A stretch of 64,000 bases of DNA from Promethearchaeota archaeon (GTDB lineage Archaea > Asgardarchaeota > Hermodarchaeia > Hermodarchaeales > Hermodarchaeaceae), in the NCBI GenBank assembly GCA_048938385.1, contig JBHLMG010000011.1, positions 1 to 64,000 on the forward strand. The letters are read 5' to 3'. Under the pieces are notes generated by a model. That model had not been told where the DNA came from and ran no database searches. It was given only the letters and a program-made list of their open reading frames with translations. Every line of letters starts with the position of its first letter. Position 1 is the stretch's first letter. The position numbers and the translations under genes were made by a program. Below are positions 39,450 to 48,799 of the stretch, in pieces.

Positions 39450-39941
39450 ATGTCGTTTCCTCCCTTCTTTCAACGACCCAAGGGCGTCTTGCTTCGAATC
39501 ACAATTCTGCGGTTGCTGACTGATGGGCCCATGCATGGATATGAGATCATGAAACGCATTGAACAAGATACTGATGGGCGTTGGGTTCCATCGCATTCGC
39601 TCCTCTATAACACTTTAGGTCGCCTTAGAGATCAGGGACTCTTATCAGATCAGCCGGATCTCAAAGGGAAGGTAGAAAGAACCGTTTACAAGATTACAGA
39701 CCGAGGGAGGAATCATTTAGATGAAGCACTGACCCAAATGGCTCAAATGATTTCCAATATGTTAAGTTCCATTCATGACAAACCTATACCTCGTTTACCT
39801 AGACTTCTCATGGACCAGTTACCACCGGAGGAAGTTCACGATCTCCTAATCAAAATGCGAAATAAATTCGAGGAGGTTATCGAATCCATTGATGAGGAGC
39901 TTCAGGCTGTCGAGGGGCGATTAAAGAAATCAGGTGGCTAG
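39450..39941 (+). CDS. PadR family transcriptional regulator, divergent from the ABC operon
   Basis: ILRLLTDGPMHGYEIMKRI, LLYNTLGRL, RTVYKITDRG. Confidence 0.92.
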   Translation: MSFPPFFQRPKGVLLRITILRLLTDGPMHGYEIMKRIEQDTDGRWVPSHSLLYNTLGRLRDQGLLSDQPDLKGKVERTVYKITDRGRNHLDEALTQMAQMISNMLSSIHDKPIPRLPRLLMDQLPPEEVHDLLIKMRNKFEEVIESIDEELQAVEGRLKKSGG

Positions 39942-40654
39942 CTCTTCTTCGCGTCGAGGTACATCTTGTTCATCGCATTAAGGTATTCTTTCTCAGGAAC
40001 TAGAGGTTGACTGATAACCCGCAAGATCTCGCCCGTTATTCGTCCCTTCTCAATCAATTGCGAGCCAGCGATTTTCAAGGCATCAAATACTTCTTTGGTT
40101 TTCTCGTTGCCATTTCTGAGTTCAGATGCGTGAGGGCGCAGTACAGCACCAGTAAATTCAGTGTTTGCGTCTAATGCGAGTTCTTTGGCAATTCGAAGTA
40201 CAGTGTCGCAGTTTTCGATTTCCCACCAGCCACTTGTGCAAATCAAGACTATCTTCGATATCTTCGTTGATGAGGGAAAGCGTGCCCGGGTTCGACCATC
40301 GATGATTTCAAGGTAGGGCTCAACGATGGGACAAAGGCGGTTTAGGAAGTTCTGCATAGCACCAGGTAAAGGAATGTAAACAGGTGTAGCTAAAACAAGA
40401 ATATCTGTTTCACGAAGTTTTGGGTATAGTGTTAACATGTCATCCTTATGAATGCATTCACCGACTTTTTTAAACCAGCATTGGAAATCACCGATACATG
40501 GATTAATTTTCAGGCGTGTGGCGTAGAAGAGCTCAACTTTTGCACCCGCTTTCTTCATACCTTCAATAAAGGGTGTTAGGACCATGGCAGTATTACCCTT
40601 TTCTAACCGGGGGCTACCGTTCATAACAAAAACGCGCGTCATAGAACTCACCAA
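39938..40654 (-). CDS. Flavodoxin-fold NADPH-dependent FMN reductase / iron-sulfur flavoprotein family
   Basis: NGSPRLEKGNT, CIGDFQCW..GECIHKDD, LATPVY. Confidence 0.9.
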   Translation of the reverse strand: MVSSMTRVFVMNGSPRLEKGNTAMVLTPFIEGMKKAGAKVELFYATRLKINPCIGDFQCWFKKVGECIHKDDMLTLYPKLRETDILVLATPVYIPLPGAMQNFLNRLCPIVEPYLEIIDGRTRARFPSSTKISKIVLICTSGWWEIENCDTVLRIAKELALDANTEFTGAVLRPHASELRNGNEKTKEVFDALKIAGSQLIEKGRITGEILRVISQPLVPEKEYLNAMNKMYLDAKKS

Positions 40655-40731
40655 TAGCTAGACGGTTCAGTATCAAGGAGGGGTGTCCCTCCTTAAAGAA
40701 CTAAGCTTCAGAATGGTGGATGAGCCAAAGG

Positions 40732-41298
40732 CTAGAATTTGATTTCTACAGATTCTAAACTACAAGTTGTGAAAAATTCTTTTCCAGTATGTTGCACTGG
40801 TCGATATTTTGTTATGTCCCAGACCTTTGTGAAGTATCCATCCATGACGGTAGCAGCCACGATTTCTCCTACGATGAGATCGTGGTCGCCTGCCTCAAAT
40901 GTTTTCCAGACCTTACATTCAAGGTGCGCGATGCATTCTTCAATAAGGGGTGCATGGACTATCTTCGCTTTTCGGGGAGTGAGTGGGAGTTCAGCAAATT
41001 TATCAATATTTTTACCGCTTATGCGCCCAGCTTTCAAGACTTTTTCAGCCATATCAAATGTGGGAATGTTAACGACGAACTCGCCCGTTTTTTCGATGGC
41101 TTTGTAAGTAAATCGGCTTTTTCGAAGACTCATGGTAACTAGGGGCGGCTTAACACTGGTAGGAGTTATCCATGCCACAGCTGCTACATTATTTTGCCCA
41201 TCAGGGGTTTTCGTACTGATTAAGGTGGCATTCAACGGATGAAGGAGATACAAGGAATTATCAAGAGGAACTGCAGATTTGTGGGGGCCTTCTGTCAT
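40732..41298 (-). CDS. Flavin reductase-like (DIM6/NTAB) protein
   Basis: NVAAVAW, PPLV, GEFVVNIP, SGKNIDKF, HLECKV, GDHDLIVGEI. Confidence 0.92.
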   Translation of the reverse strand: MTEGPHKSAVPLDNSLYLLHPLNATLISTKTPDGQNNVAAVAWITPTSVKPPLVTMSLRKSRFTYKAIEKTGEFVVNIPTFDMAEKVLKAGRISGKNIDKFAELPLTPRKAKIVHAPLIEECIAHLECKVWKTFEAGDHDLIVGEIVAATVMDGYFTKVWDITKYRPVQHTGKEFFTTCSLESVEIKF

Positions 41299-41543
41299 AC
41301 AAAATAACTTCCTTTCGAGTTTGTTGGCTCAAGCCCACAAGGGTAAAAGCTTGAGGAAATTAAGTCATTCGCTATTACCTATAAAGGCATACCAGTTACT
41401 AGATGTTTTTGTTGTGTTATTATTCAGGTTTTTCCAGACGGGCTTCTGTGCGAGCAGGTTAAACTGATTATTCACCCTGCCTTGAACACTTCTCTTAAGA
41501 GTCCTGAGGATTTTAATACCTCCAACACCTTCCTACTCACTGA

Positions 41544-42212
41544 GTGATGCAATTGACTGTCACAATCAAATGGTTAGATCATGCAGGTTTCCAAATACGA
41601 TCAGAATCTAAGGTCATCTACATAGATCTGGCGGAAGAAGCCACTCCTCTTGAAAAGGCTGATATCATCCTCATCACACATTCGCATGGCGATCACTGCG
41701 ATTCAAAACTAATCCAGAAAGCACGAACTGATAAGACTGTAGTCATCGCCCCAGCGGATTGTCAAACGCAAATAAGCGGGACAGTCTTGTCCTTAAAACC
41801 TGGCGAAGAGAAGATTGTAAACGAGGTAAAGATTCATGCCGTTCATGCCTATAACGAAACACGCTTCCGCTCTCCTGGCAATCCATTCCATCCCAAGGGT
41901 TTCGGAGTAGGTTACATCATCAACCTTGAAGGAAAAACTATCTACCATTCAGGTGACACCGACTTTATCTCAGAGATGAAAACCCTCGGTCCTATCGATG
42001 TGGCCATGTTACCTATTGGTGGAAAATACACCATGGAAGTTAGCGACGGAGCGGACGCCGCATTCGCCATTAAAGCTAAGTATGTCATCCCACATCACCA
42101 TTGGGCTGGCCGATTTGGTCAAACTCCAGAAGCCTTCAAGCAAAAGGTGGAAGCAAGCTCTGACATTCAAGTTATCGTCTTAAAAGCAAATGAAGAATTC
42201 CAACTCACCTAA
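41544..42212 (+). CDS. Metallo-beta-lactamase-fold hydrolase
   Basis: WLDHAGF, THSHGDH, YHSGDTD, PIGGKYTM, IPHH. Confidence 0.92.
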   Translation: MMQLTVTIKWLDHAGFQIRSESKVIYIDLAEEATPLEKADIILITHSHGDHCDSKLIQKARTDKTVVIAPADCQTQISGTVLSLKPGEEKIVNEVKIHAVHAYNETRFRSPGNPFHPKGFGVGYIINLEGKTIYHSGDTDFISEMKTLGPIDVAMLPIGGKYTMEVSDGADAAFAIKAKYVIPHHHWAGRFGQTPEAFKQKVEASSDIQVIVLKANEEFQLT

Positions 42213-42276
42213 TTCGGATACTGTATGGTCAAAAGCTACACGATTCCAGCAGAGAGCAATGGATTGAGGTTGAACC

Positions 42277-43053
42277 ATGTCTTTGACGATCCGGCGTTTG
42301 TTCCGACCATCCGAGGACATTGAAGAGTATCTACGCCAAGACATTCCGTTAAACGGGTTACCCCTCTACGATCTTTTTTTGGGATGGAGATACTGTGATT
42401 GGTACATCGCCTGGGATCTTAATGAGATACGCGGGTGTTTAATTGTCTATAGGGGTGGACGGGGAATACCCACCCTCTTAACTCGGGGGACGCCTGAATC
42501 CGTTGAGCAACTAGCTGCACACATTACCTACGAGGTGTTATTTGCCATTGTTCCTGAATATCACTTGCCCTTCATTGAGAGAAGCTATGAGGTTCAATCT
42601 CTTGGTGATCTCTTCCTTATGGTCTTGGACCGAAATCGATATCATCCGCCTGACACGCTTCCAACAGAGCAGTTAACTACTGCACACCTTGAGGAAGTGG
42701 AACAATTCTATGCCCAGGTGCCTGCAGGTGCGTATAATCCACGACAACTAGAATTTGGGCCGTTTTATGGTGTTAGAGTCAAGAAAAAGCTTGTTTCGGT
42801 TTGTGGTACGATTGCTTATTATCCCCGAAGCCCTGGTATAGGAGTTATTGGAAATCTTGTCACGCTTCCTAAGTTTCAGCACCGTGGATATGGAACAAGC
42901 GTGGTATGCGCTGTTATCCAGGATCTCTTTGAAGTGTGCCAGTATGTTTCGCTACTTGTGGAGACGACAAACGAGGAGGCAATCGACATCTACCAACGCT
43001 TAGGCTTCACTGAATATGCGACTTTTAGCATGGGATACTGTCAACGGGAGTAG
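42277..43053 (+). CDS. GNAT acetyltransferase (FR47-like)
   Basis: IGNLVTLPKFQHRGYGT, NEEAIDIYQRLGF. Confidence 0.9.
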   Translation: MSLTIRRLFRPSEDIEEYLRQDIPLNGLPLYDLFLGWRYCDWYIAWDLNEIRGCLIVYRGGRGIPTLLTRGTPESVEQLAAHITYEVLFAIVPEYHLPFIERSYEVQSLGDLFLMVLDRNRYHPPDTLPTEQLTTAHLEEVEQFYAQVPAGAYNPRQLEFGPFYGVRVKKKLVSVCGTIAYYPRSPGIGVIGNLVTLPKFQHRGYGTSVVCAVIQDLFEVCQYVSLLVETTNEEAIDIYQRLGFTEYATFSMGYCQRE

Positions 43054-43311
43054 GGGATTAAAACAGAAAAATATTTAACGGGGAGACTGTTACCTCGGTT
43101 TAAGGCGATCTCGGATGATGGTGATTTTTCGGGATAGATAGGCCTTTCTGCCATGTGGATAGTGAGATTGGCGGATTTGTATTGGTGTTGTCTAATGTAT
43201 TTGATTACAACAGGACAAAAGGAAGAGGTTTGCCAGGTCTGGGCATGATTGGGGCAGTTTGATTTATATTAATTAATCATTGAATAGTTCAGATAAGCTT
43301 TTATAGTAAAG

Positions 43312-44427
43312 GTGGCAAGCCCATATCAAACTATCGGAGGCTTAGCCTTGCCACCAGAAATTGAACCCGTTGCAGCAATCGAAAACGCAGTGAAGATCTT
43401 CACTAAACCTTTAGTGAAACCACGCAAAGGTATTGCACGACGGTTCGCAGGCTTCCTAAAACGCGAGCAACGCATTGTCCGTGCCTTAGATGGCGTCAGC
43501 TTCCAGATTCACCCCGGAGAATGTGTGGCCCTTCTAGGTCCCAACGGTGCTGGGAAATCAACCACCGTTAAGCTACTTAGTGGAATCCTTCATCCTACAG
43601 CAGGTAAGGTTAGCCTTTTCGGAATGAATCCATACCATAACCGAATCGCTTGTGCAATGCGATACGGTGTAGTTTTTGGTCAGCGAAGCCTCTTATGGAC
43701 GCATGTTCCAGTTCTAGAAAGTTTCAAGCTCTATCAGAAAATGTACAATATCCCCAAATCAGTTTTCGAAGATCGTCTAGAAGAATTCTCAGAAATCCTC
43801 GATGTCAAACAGCATCTCCCCACAGCTCCACGACGATTATCATTAGGCGAACGAATGCGCTGCGAAGTAGCCGCAGCATTACTCCATCGCCCTGAAGTTA
43901 TATTCTTAGATGAACCTACCGTCGGACTTGATGTCGTGGCTAAAAAGCGAATCCGTGACTTCATCCGTCGTATAAATCAAGAAGAAAACATTACAGTCCT
44001 GCTGTGTAGTCATAGTATGAGAGATGTCGAAGAACTCACTGATCGAATCATCCTTATCTCTCATGGAAAGATCAAATACAATGGTCCCAAACACGAACTT
44101 AAAGCACGCTGGAGTAACGAACGTAATATTCGAGTCGTCTATAAAAAAACAGAAGAAATTAATTGGAACAATTACTTTGGCGACTTGTTAGGGGTCCTAA
44201 GATACGAATCAACGAATGGAGAACTTCGCGTCCGCTATAACCAAGAGGTTATCAATGCGTCCGATGTGCTCAAAATCATTTTAGATCTGGTGAAGATACG
44301 CGACATCGAAGTGACAGAACCAAATCTCGAAGATATCATCCGTGAAATCTTCGGTGAAGAAGAACGCAACAACCAACGACTCAATTCGACAACACTCACT
44401 AACATACCATACCTGGAGGTCATGTGA
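43312..44427 (+). CDS. ABC-2 type transporter ATP-binding protein
   Basis: GPNGAGKST, VFGQRSLLW, LSLGERMRCE, FLDEPTVGLD. The start may be TTG at 43348. Confidence 0.93.
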   Translation: MASPYQTIGGLALPPEIEPVAAIENAVKIFTKPLVKPRKGIARRFAGFLKREQRIVRALDGVSFQIHPGECVALLGPNGAGKSTTVKLLSGILHPTAGKVSLFGMNPYHNRIACAMRYGVVFGQRSLLWTHVPVLESFKLYQKMYNIPKSVFEDRLEEFSEILDVKQHLPTAPRRLSLGERMRCEVAAALLHRPEVIFLDEPTVGLDVVAKKRIRDFIRRINQEENITVLLCSHSMRDVEELTDRIILISHGKIKYNGPKHELKARWSNERNIRVVYKKTEEINWNNYFGDLLGVLRYESTNGELRVRYNQEVINASDVLKIILDLVKIRDIEVTEPNLEDIIREIFGEEERNNQRLNSTTLTNIPYLEVM

Positions 44428-45258
44428 ATGACACGAAAAGACATCTTACGCCAACTACGCATTATTCCAAGCTACCTTCGCCTATCCCTACTCAGGCTAG
44501 GTGAAAATAAAATCCAACTATGGGGCGCCTTCATCACTAGCGCTGTCGGTTTTGCATTCTACGCCATATTCTGGAATGTTGTTACACTCCAAGTTCCAAT
44601 CCTAACAGGTGTAGGATGGGTTGTCTGGGGAGCTGGAGAACTCACCTTCCTCGTTGGCATGACAAACCTAGCTTGGAGCTTTGGCGCGTTCTTCTGGATG
44701 GGGATCTGGGAAATTCACTGGTATATCACAGAAATCGGCATTGAAGAATACCAAATCCGTCCAGTCAGCTCTATCCTGCAAATTATTGCGCAAAACTTCT
44801 GGGCCGGAGGCATCGTCCAACTTAGTGTGGGGATTGTAATGCTGGTTATATCAACGGTCTCTTTTGGGTTAGTAATCACACCAATTGGAATTCTCCTCGG
44901 AATACTAGCTCTCCTGTTTGGACAAGCAGCCCTCTATATTCTCTGGGCAACACTGGCCTGTCTAGCTTTCTGGATTGGTCGAAACGCAGGACTCTTAGAG
45001 ATCTCAGATGCCATCGAAATGAATTTCGGGCAAATGCCCATCGATGTCATGCCTCATATCGTCCAACACTTTCTAACTTTCATTCTCCCTGTCATCTTCA
45101 TATCCACAGTTCCTACCATGATAATGCTTGGGCAACTACCCCTGAACCTGATCTTACTCTATCTCGGAATCGCAGGGCTCTTGATTCTCATTTGGATTCT
45201 CGCATTCAATATCACCTGGAATGCTGGACTGAAACGCTACCAACCAGTAGGGGGTTAG
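44428..45258 (+). CDS. ABC-2 family permease (DUF990-like)
   Basis: About 6 TMs, YQIRPVS, LTFILPVIF, GLKRYQPVGG. Coupled to the ATPase by TGAATG. Confidence 0.88.
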   Translation: MTRKDILRQLRIIPSYLRLSLLRLGENKIQLWGAFITSAVGFAFYAIFWNVVTLQVPILTGVGWVVWGAGELTFLVGMTNLAWSFGAFFWMGIWEIHWYITEIGIEEYQIRPVSSILQIIAQNFWAGGIVQLSVGIVMLVISTVSFGLVITPIGILLGILALLFGQAALYILWATLACLAFWIGRNAGLLEISDAIEMNFGQMPIDVMPHIVQHFLTFILPVIFISTVPTMIMLGQLPLNLILLYLGIAGLLILIWILAFNITWNAGLKRYQPVGG

Positions 45259-45264
45259 AAAAAA

Positions 45265-46089
45265 ATGAGCAAAAAGGTCAAATTCAGCAGCTATCTAGCA
45301 GTTTCGAAGATTTCCTTCCGCAATGTCAAAAAGTATACGGTTGATTTCCTCACAAGCTTTGCTTACTTTCCTGCACAAATCATCGCCTTATACTTTGTCT
45401 ACTCTATTGTATATGCTCAAACCTTCTTAATCGATGGAGCCACTGTTATAGGAGGATTCACTTTTGCTCAGCTCATTAACTATCTTTTCATCGCCATCAT
45501 CATGCAACGCGCTCTTCCTCGCTGGAGACTCAGCACTGAAATCGAAAAAGACATCGATCGGGGGCCCCTTGTGTCTTATCTCGCTCGACCAATTGATTAT
45601 GCTGGATTCAAGCTCTTTGGTGAATTCCCTCGTTCTTTCCTTTATCTCCTGTTTGGTTTGATCACTTACTTAATCACTCTGTTATTCATTCCACTACCAG
45701 TTCCAGCTTTAGTGAATCTCTTGCTCTTCGTTCCCTTTTTCCTTGTCGCATATATTCTTGCCTTCCTACTCGTTTTTGCTACATCTCTTGCTGCTTTCAA
45801 AATGAGTCAGATTTGGTGGATTCGAAATCTCCTTGGTCTCACAATGACGATTGCGGGAGGAGGATTGATTCCCATGAGCTTCTTCCCTCCACTCTTACAA
45901 GGCATCCTCCTCTTCCTTCCCTTTCAATACTGCTATTATACCCCTGCCATTATTTTACAGGGTTACTACACTGTGGAAGGCCTTATTGTCATCGCCCTGA
46001 TCAGCGTAGGCTGGCTTGTTATCCTATGGTTATTAACTCGCGGTCTTTGGAACCTGGGACGCCGTGGGTACTCAGGTGCCGGGGGCTAG
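45265..46089 (+). CDS. ABC-2 family permease (DUF990-like)
   Basis: About 6 TMs, YLARPIDY, GGLIPMSFFP, LPFQYCYYTP, GYSGAGG. Confidence 0.88.
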   Translation: MSKKVKFSSYLAVSKISFRNVKKYTVDFLTSFAYFPAQIIALYFVYSIVYAQTFLIDGATVIGGFTFAQLINYLFIAIIMQRALPRWRLSTEIEKDIDRGPLVSYLARPIDYAGFKLFGEFPRSFLYLLFGLITYLITLLFIPLPVPALVNLLLFVPFFLVAYILAFLLVFATSLAAFKMSQIWWIRNLLGLTMTIAGGGLIPMSFFPPLLQGILLFLPFQYCYYTPAIILQGYYTVEGLIVIALISVGWLVILWLLTRGLWNLGRRGYSGAGG

Positions 46090-46291
46090 CTTTTTGCTTA
46101 CATCCTGATCAATCAAGAATTTACTTCAGGAGCATTGAGAATACGCTAGTCAACAAGCCTGTGGATGGGGTTGCACCTAAAATCCTACTATTGAAGGCCC
46201 CCTCTTCGTAAACAAAAACACGGTAATCACTGTTTTGATCACCATTGATGTTAAATTAAATAACTTACTTGTATAATCCTTAGGACTCGAT

Positions 46292-47071
46292 ATGCCATTC
46301 CACATTTTTGATCTCACTGATAACCGTCAACTCTACTTCAAAGTACAAGGAGAGAAAGGTCCACGGCTCATTTTGATCCATAGTTCTTTGAGTAGCCATA
46401 TCGAATGGAAGTATCAAGGTCCGATAGCTGATCACGCTGTGTTGACCTTCTTAGACTTACCAGGACATGGGGAGTCAGATCCTTTACCCGTTCCTGTCAC
46501 AATTGTAGATTTTGTGGCAGTATTGTCACTTTTTCTTCGAAGTAACAATCTCGTCCCTGCGATTATCGTTGGTCATTCAATCGGGGGAGCTATCGCTCTG
46601 CAACTCGCCTTGGACTATCATCAACTCGTAAACGGTTTAATCCTTATAGGCACAGGAGCTAAACTAGGAGTGTTTCCTGCCATCTTAGAAGGCTTGAAGA
46701 CCCATTATGAAAAAGCTATTGAACTTACCTTAGGGCAATTAATGTTTGGAAAGAATGCTGACCCCAATCTTGTTAAACATGCTAAGGAGGAAGCACTCAG
46801 ATGCCCTAAGTCGGTAGGGCTTGCTGATTTTCTAGCCTGTAATACCTTCGATGTCCGCACACGATTACACGAAATCAAGGTGCCTACTCTGATCATCGTG
46901 GGTGATGAAGATAAACTCACACCTCCCAAATGGTCCCATTACCTGAAGGATCAAATCTCCGGTTCTCGGCTTGAGGTCATCCCTGGTAGTGGCCATTTCG
47001 TGATGCAAGAACAACCAGAAGCCGTGAATCATGCAATTCTAATGTTCCTAAATGCTCATGAATGGGTATAA
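46292..47071 (+). CDS. Alpha/beta hydrolase
   Basis: DLPGHGES, GHSIGG, GDEDKLTP, GHFV. Confidence 0.93.
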   Translation: MPFHIFDLTDNRQLYFKVQGEKGPRLILIHSSLSSHIEWKYQGPIADHAVLTFLDLPGHGESDPLPVPVTIVDFVAVLSLFLRSNNLVPAIIVGHSIGGAIALQLALDYHQLVNGLILIGTGAKLGVFPAILEGLKTHYEKAIELTLGQLMFGKNADPNLVKHAKEEALRCPKSVGLADFLACNTFDVRTRLHEIKVPTLIIVGDEDKLTPPKWSHYLKDQISGSRLEVIPGSGHFVMQEQPEAVNHAILMFLNAHEWV

Positions 47072-47144
47072 AAAGCATCTTGATGCTGCCGCATTGGGAA
47101 CCCATATAATATAGGGCAAAGAACCTAATGTGCTTCTCTTCTTC

Positions 47145-47233
47145 GGGCGGAGACGCCGAGAAGCTGGAAGGATGGTCGCATTGGCGGGACCACATGCCAC
47201 CCAAAATCATGGTATTTCTTCTGGTCTCCGCCC
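47145..47233 (+). ncRNA. Candidate structured non-coding RNA (terminal 10-bp stem, three-way junction)
   Basis: GGGCGGAGAC/GTCTCCGCCC closing stem, two internal hairpins, about 60% GC, upstream ATATAATA and downstream TCCTTTTCTCT. Family not recognised and strand is inferred. Confidence 0.5.
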
Positions 47234-47348
47234 TCCTTTTCTCTAACTAGATGTAGTATCTTTCTCCCCATATTACTCGAAGTAGAATATTGAATTAGTA
47301 TGAGTATGGTAATTAGGGTGTTACCCCTCATCAGGACGGTGGTTAATT

Positions 47349-48173
47349 CTGCCTGAGCTTCCCGACATCATACTCCTTACTAGAAGTCTAAACGATGGTT
47401 TAGCCGGGCGAACTATTCACTCTACGAAAGTGAATCAACCAAAAGTGTTGAATCGCTCACCAACATCATTTAAGCGAAAAGTAGAAGGGCGTCAATTCAT
47501 TGGTTTCTGTTACTCCGGTAAGTGGATTGCTGGGAATTTGGACAATCATTGGACTATCGCATTGAATTTAGGCATGGGTGGTGAAGTACGGCTACACTGG
47601 CCAGTAGAGGTTCCTGATCCAACCCGGGAACGGGTTATTTTTGTATTCAACGATGCCGCACAGCTTTGGCTACATTTTTGGTGGTTTGGTCATGTGCATC
47701 TCATACCACCAGGGAAATTGGAAGAACATCCGCAATTAAGCACCATGGGGGTAAACCCCCTTTCAAGCGAATTCACTACGGATCGACTTCTTGAATTATT
47801 AGCGAATAAACGCGGACGAATCAAAAGCTACTTACTCGATCAACGATTCATTGCCGGAATTGGTAATGTCTATGTACAGGACATTCTTTGGCATGCCAAA
47901 CTTCATCCAATGCGAAACGCAAATACTCTCAGTGAGACAGATATTCACAAATTACATAAAGCAATCCAACATGTCCTCCATGAGGGAATTCGGTTTGGGC
48001 CTGGACCAGGGGAGCAAGATCTTTGGGGAAATCGAGGACAATGGGGCAAACTTCCTGGATGGCCAAAGATCGCTTATAAAACGGGAAAACCCTGCCCTAC
48101 CTGCAACGCATTAATCGAAGAATTACGAGTAGGAAGCACAACTAGTTACCTGTGTCCGAAATGTCAAATCTAA
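47349..48173 (+). CDS. mutM: Fpg/Nei family DNA glycosylase/AP lyase with a probable CTG start
   Basis: CTG-CCT-GAG-CTT-CCC-GAC gives (M)PELPD. Also GKW, LGMGG, LLDQRFIAGIGNVY (H2TH) and CPTC...CPKCQ zinc finger. Confidence 0.88.
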   Translation: MPELPDIILLTRSLNDGLAGRTIHSTKVNQPKVLNRSPTSFKRKVEGRQFIGFCYSGKWIAGNLDNHWTIALNLGMGGEVRLHWPVEVPDPTRERVIFVFNDAAQLWLHFWWFGHVHLIPPGKLEEHPQLSTMGVNPLSSEFTTDRLLELLANKRGRIKSYLLDQRFIAGIGNVYVQDILWHAKLHPMRNANTLSETDIHKLHKAIQHVLHEGIRFGPGPGEQDLWGNRGQWGKLPGWPKIAYKTGKPCPTCNALIEELRVGSTTSYLCPKCQI

Positions 48174-48256
48174 AGATTTAACATTGGTTAAAAAAACCGG
48201 AACGGGAAGTACTCTTATCCTCATCCTCCATGTAAGCGTTCTGAAATGGTGATTCA

Positions 48257-48709
48257 ATGAATAAGCGAGCAATCCAAGATCAATGGCCTGAACCTGATTC
48301 AATGTGTTATGGTTGTGGACGCAATAACGAACAAGGATTGCAGCTTAAAAGTTACTGGGCAGGTAATGAGACTGTCGCAACCTGGCAAGCAAAACCCTAC
48401 CATCTTGCCTTTCCTGGTGCGCTCTGTGGTGGAGTTATTGCCACGCTAATTGATTGCCATGCAACGAATACAGCTAACGCTGCAGCCTACAAAGCTGAGG
48501 GTGATGAAATCGGCTCTAAACCCTTGAAAGGATATGTCACAGGCTCGCTCTCTGTGAAGTATCTGCGTCCTACACCAGTAGATCAGCCTGTCACCTTACG
48601 AGCGCGTGTTAAAGAAATTAAAGGTCGAAAAATCACAGTGACTTGTTCTTTATATTCCAATGAAATCGAATGTGCAACTGGCGAAGTAGTAGCTATCCAG
48701 GTGCAATAG
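48257..48709 (+). CDS. PaaI/hotdog-fold thioesterase
   Basis: CYGCG..N..GL, GGVIATLIDCH, VTGSLSVKYLRPTP. Confidence 0.9.
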   Translation: MNKRAIQDQWPEPDSMCYGCGRNNEQGLQLKSYWAGNETVATWQAKPYHLAFPGALCGGVIATLIDCHATNTANAAAYKAEGDEIGSKPLKGYVTGSLSVKYLRPTPVDQPVTLRARVKEIKGRKITVTCSLYSNEIECATGEVVAIQVQ

Positions 48710-48799
48710 AAATCCTACGATCTGAGATAAGATAGACACAAAAGTAGGCTATATGTGAAAGATGAAAGATAAGATCACCTCAAGGTTGGTGATGGGTCA

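Noticed and set aside
43054-43311. C/D-box sRNA or short ORF in the 258-bp intergenic gap
   Set aside because: No proper RTGATGA/CTGA box pair, and the 31-codon ORF has no supporting features.
47145-47233. tRNA/tRNA-Sec, 5S rRNA or purine riboswitch identity for the structured element
   Set aside because: No T-loop or anticodon arm, no 5S conserved motifs, and no purine-riboswitch junction sequence.
46977-47331. Minus-strand ORFs of 77 and 68 aa, and an RRLRPKKR stretch resembling ribosomal L40e
   Set aside because: No recognisable family. The L40e-like frame lacks the Cys pattern and a proper start. The region is better explained by RNA structure.
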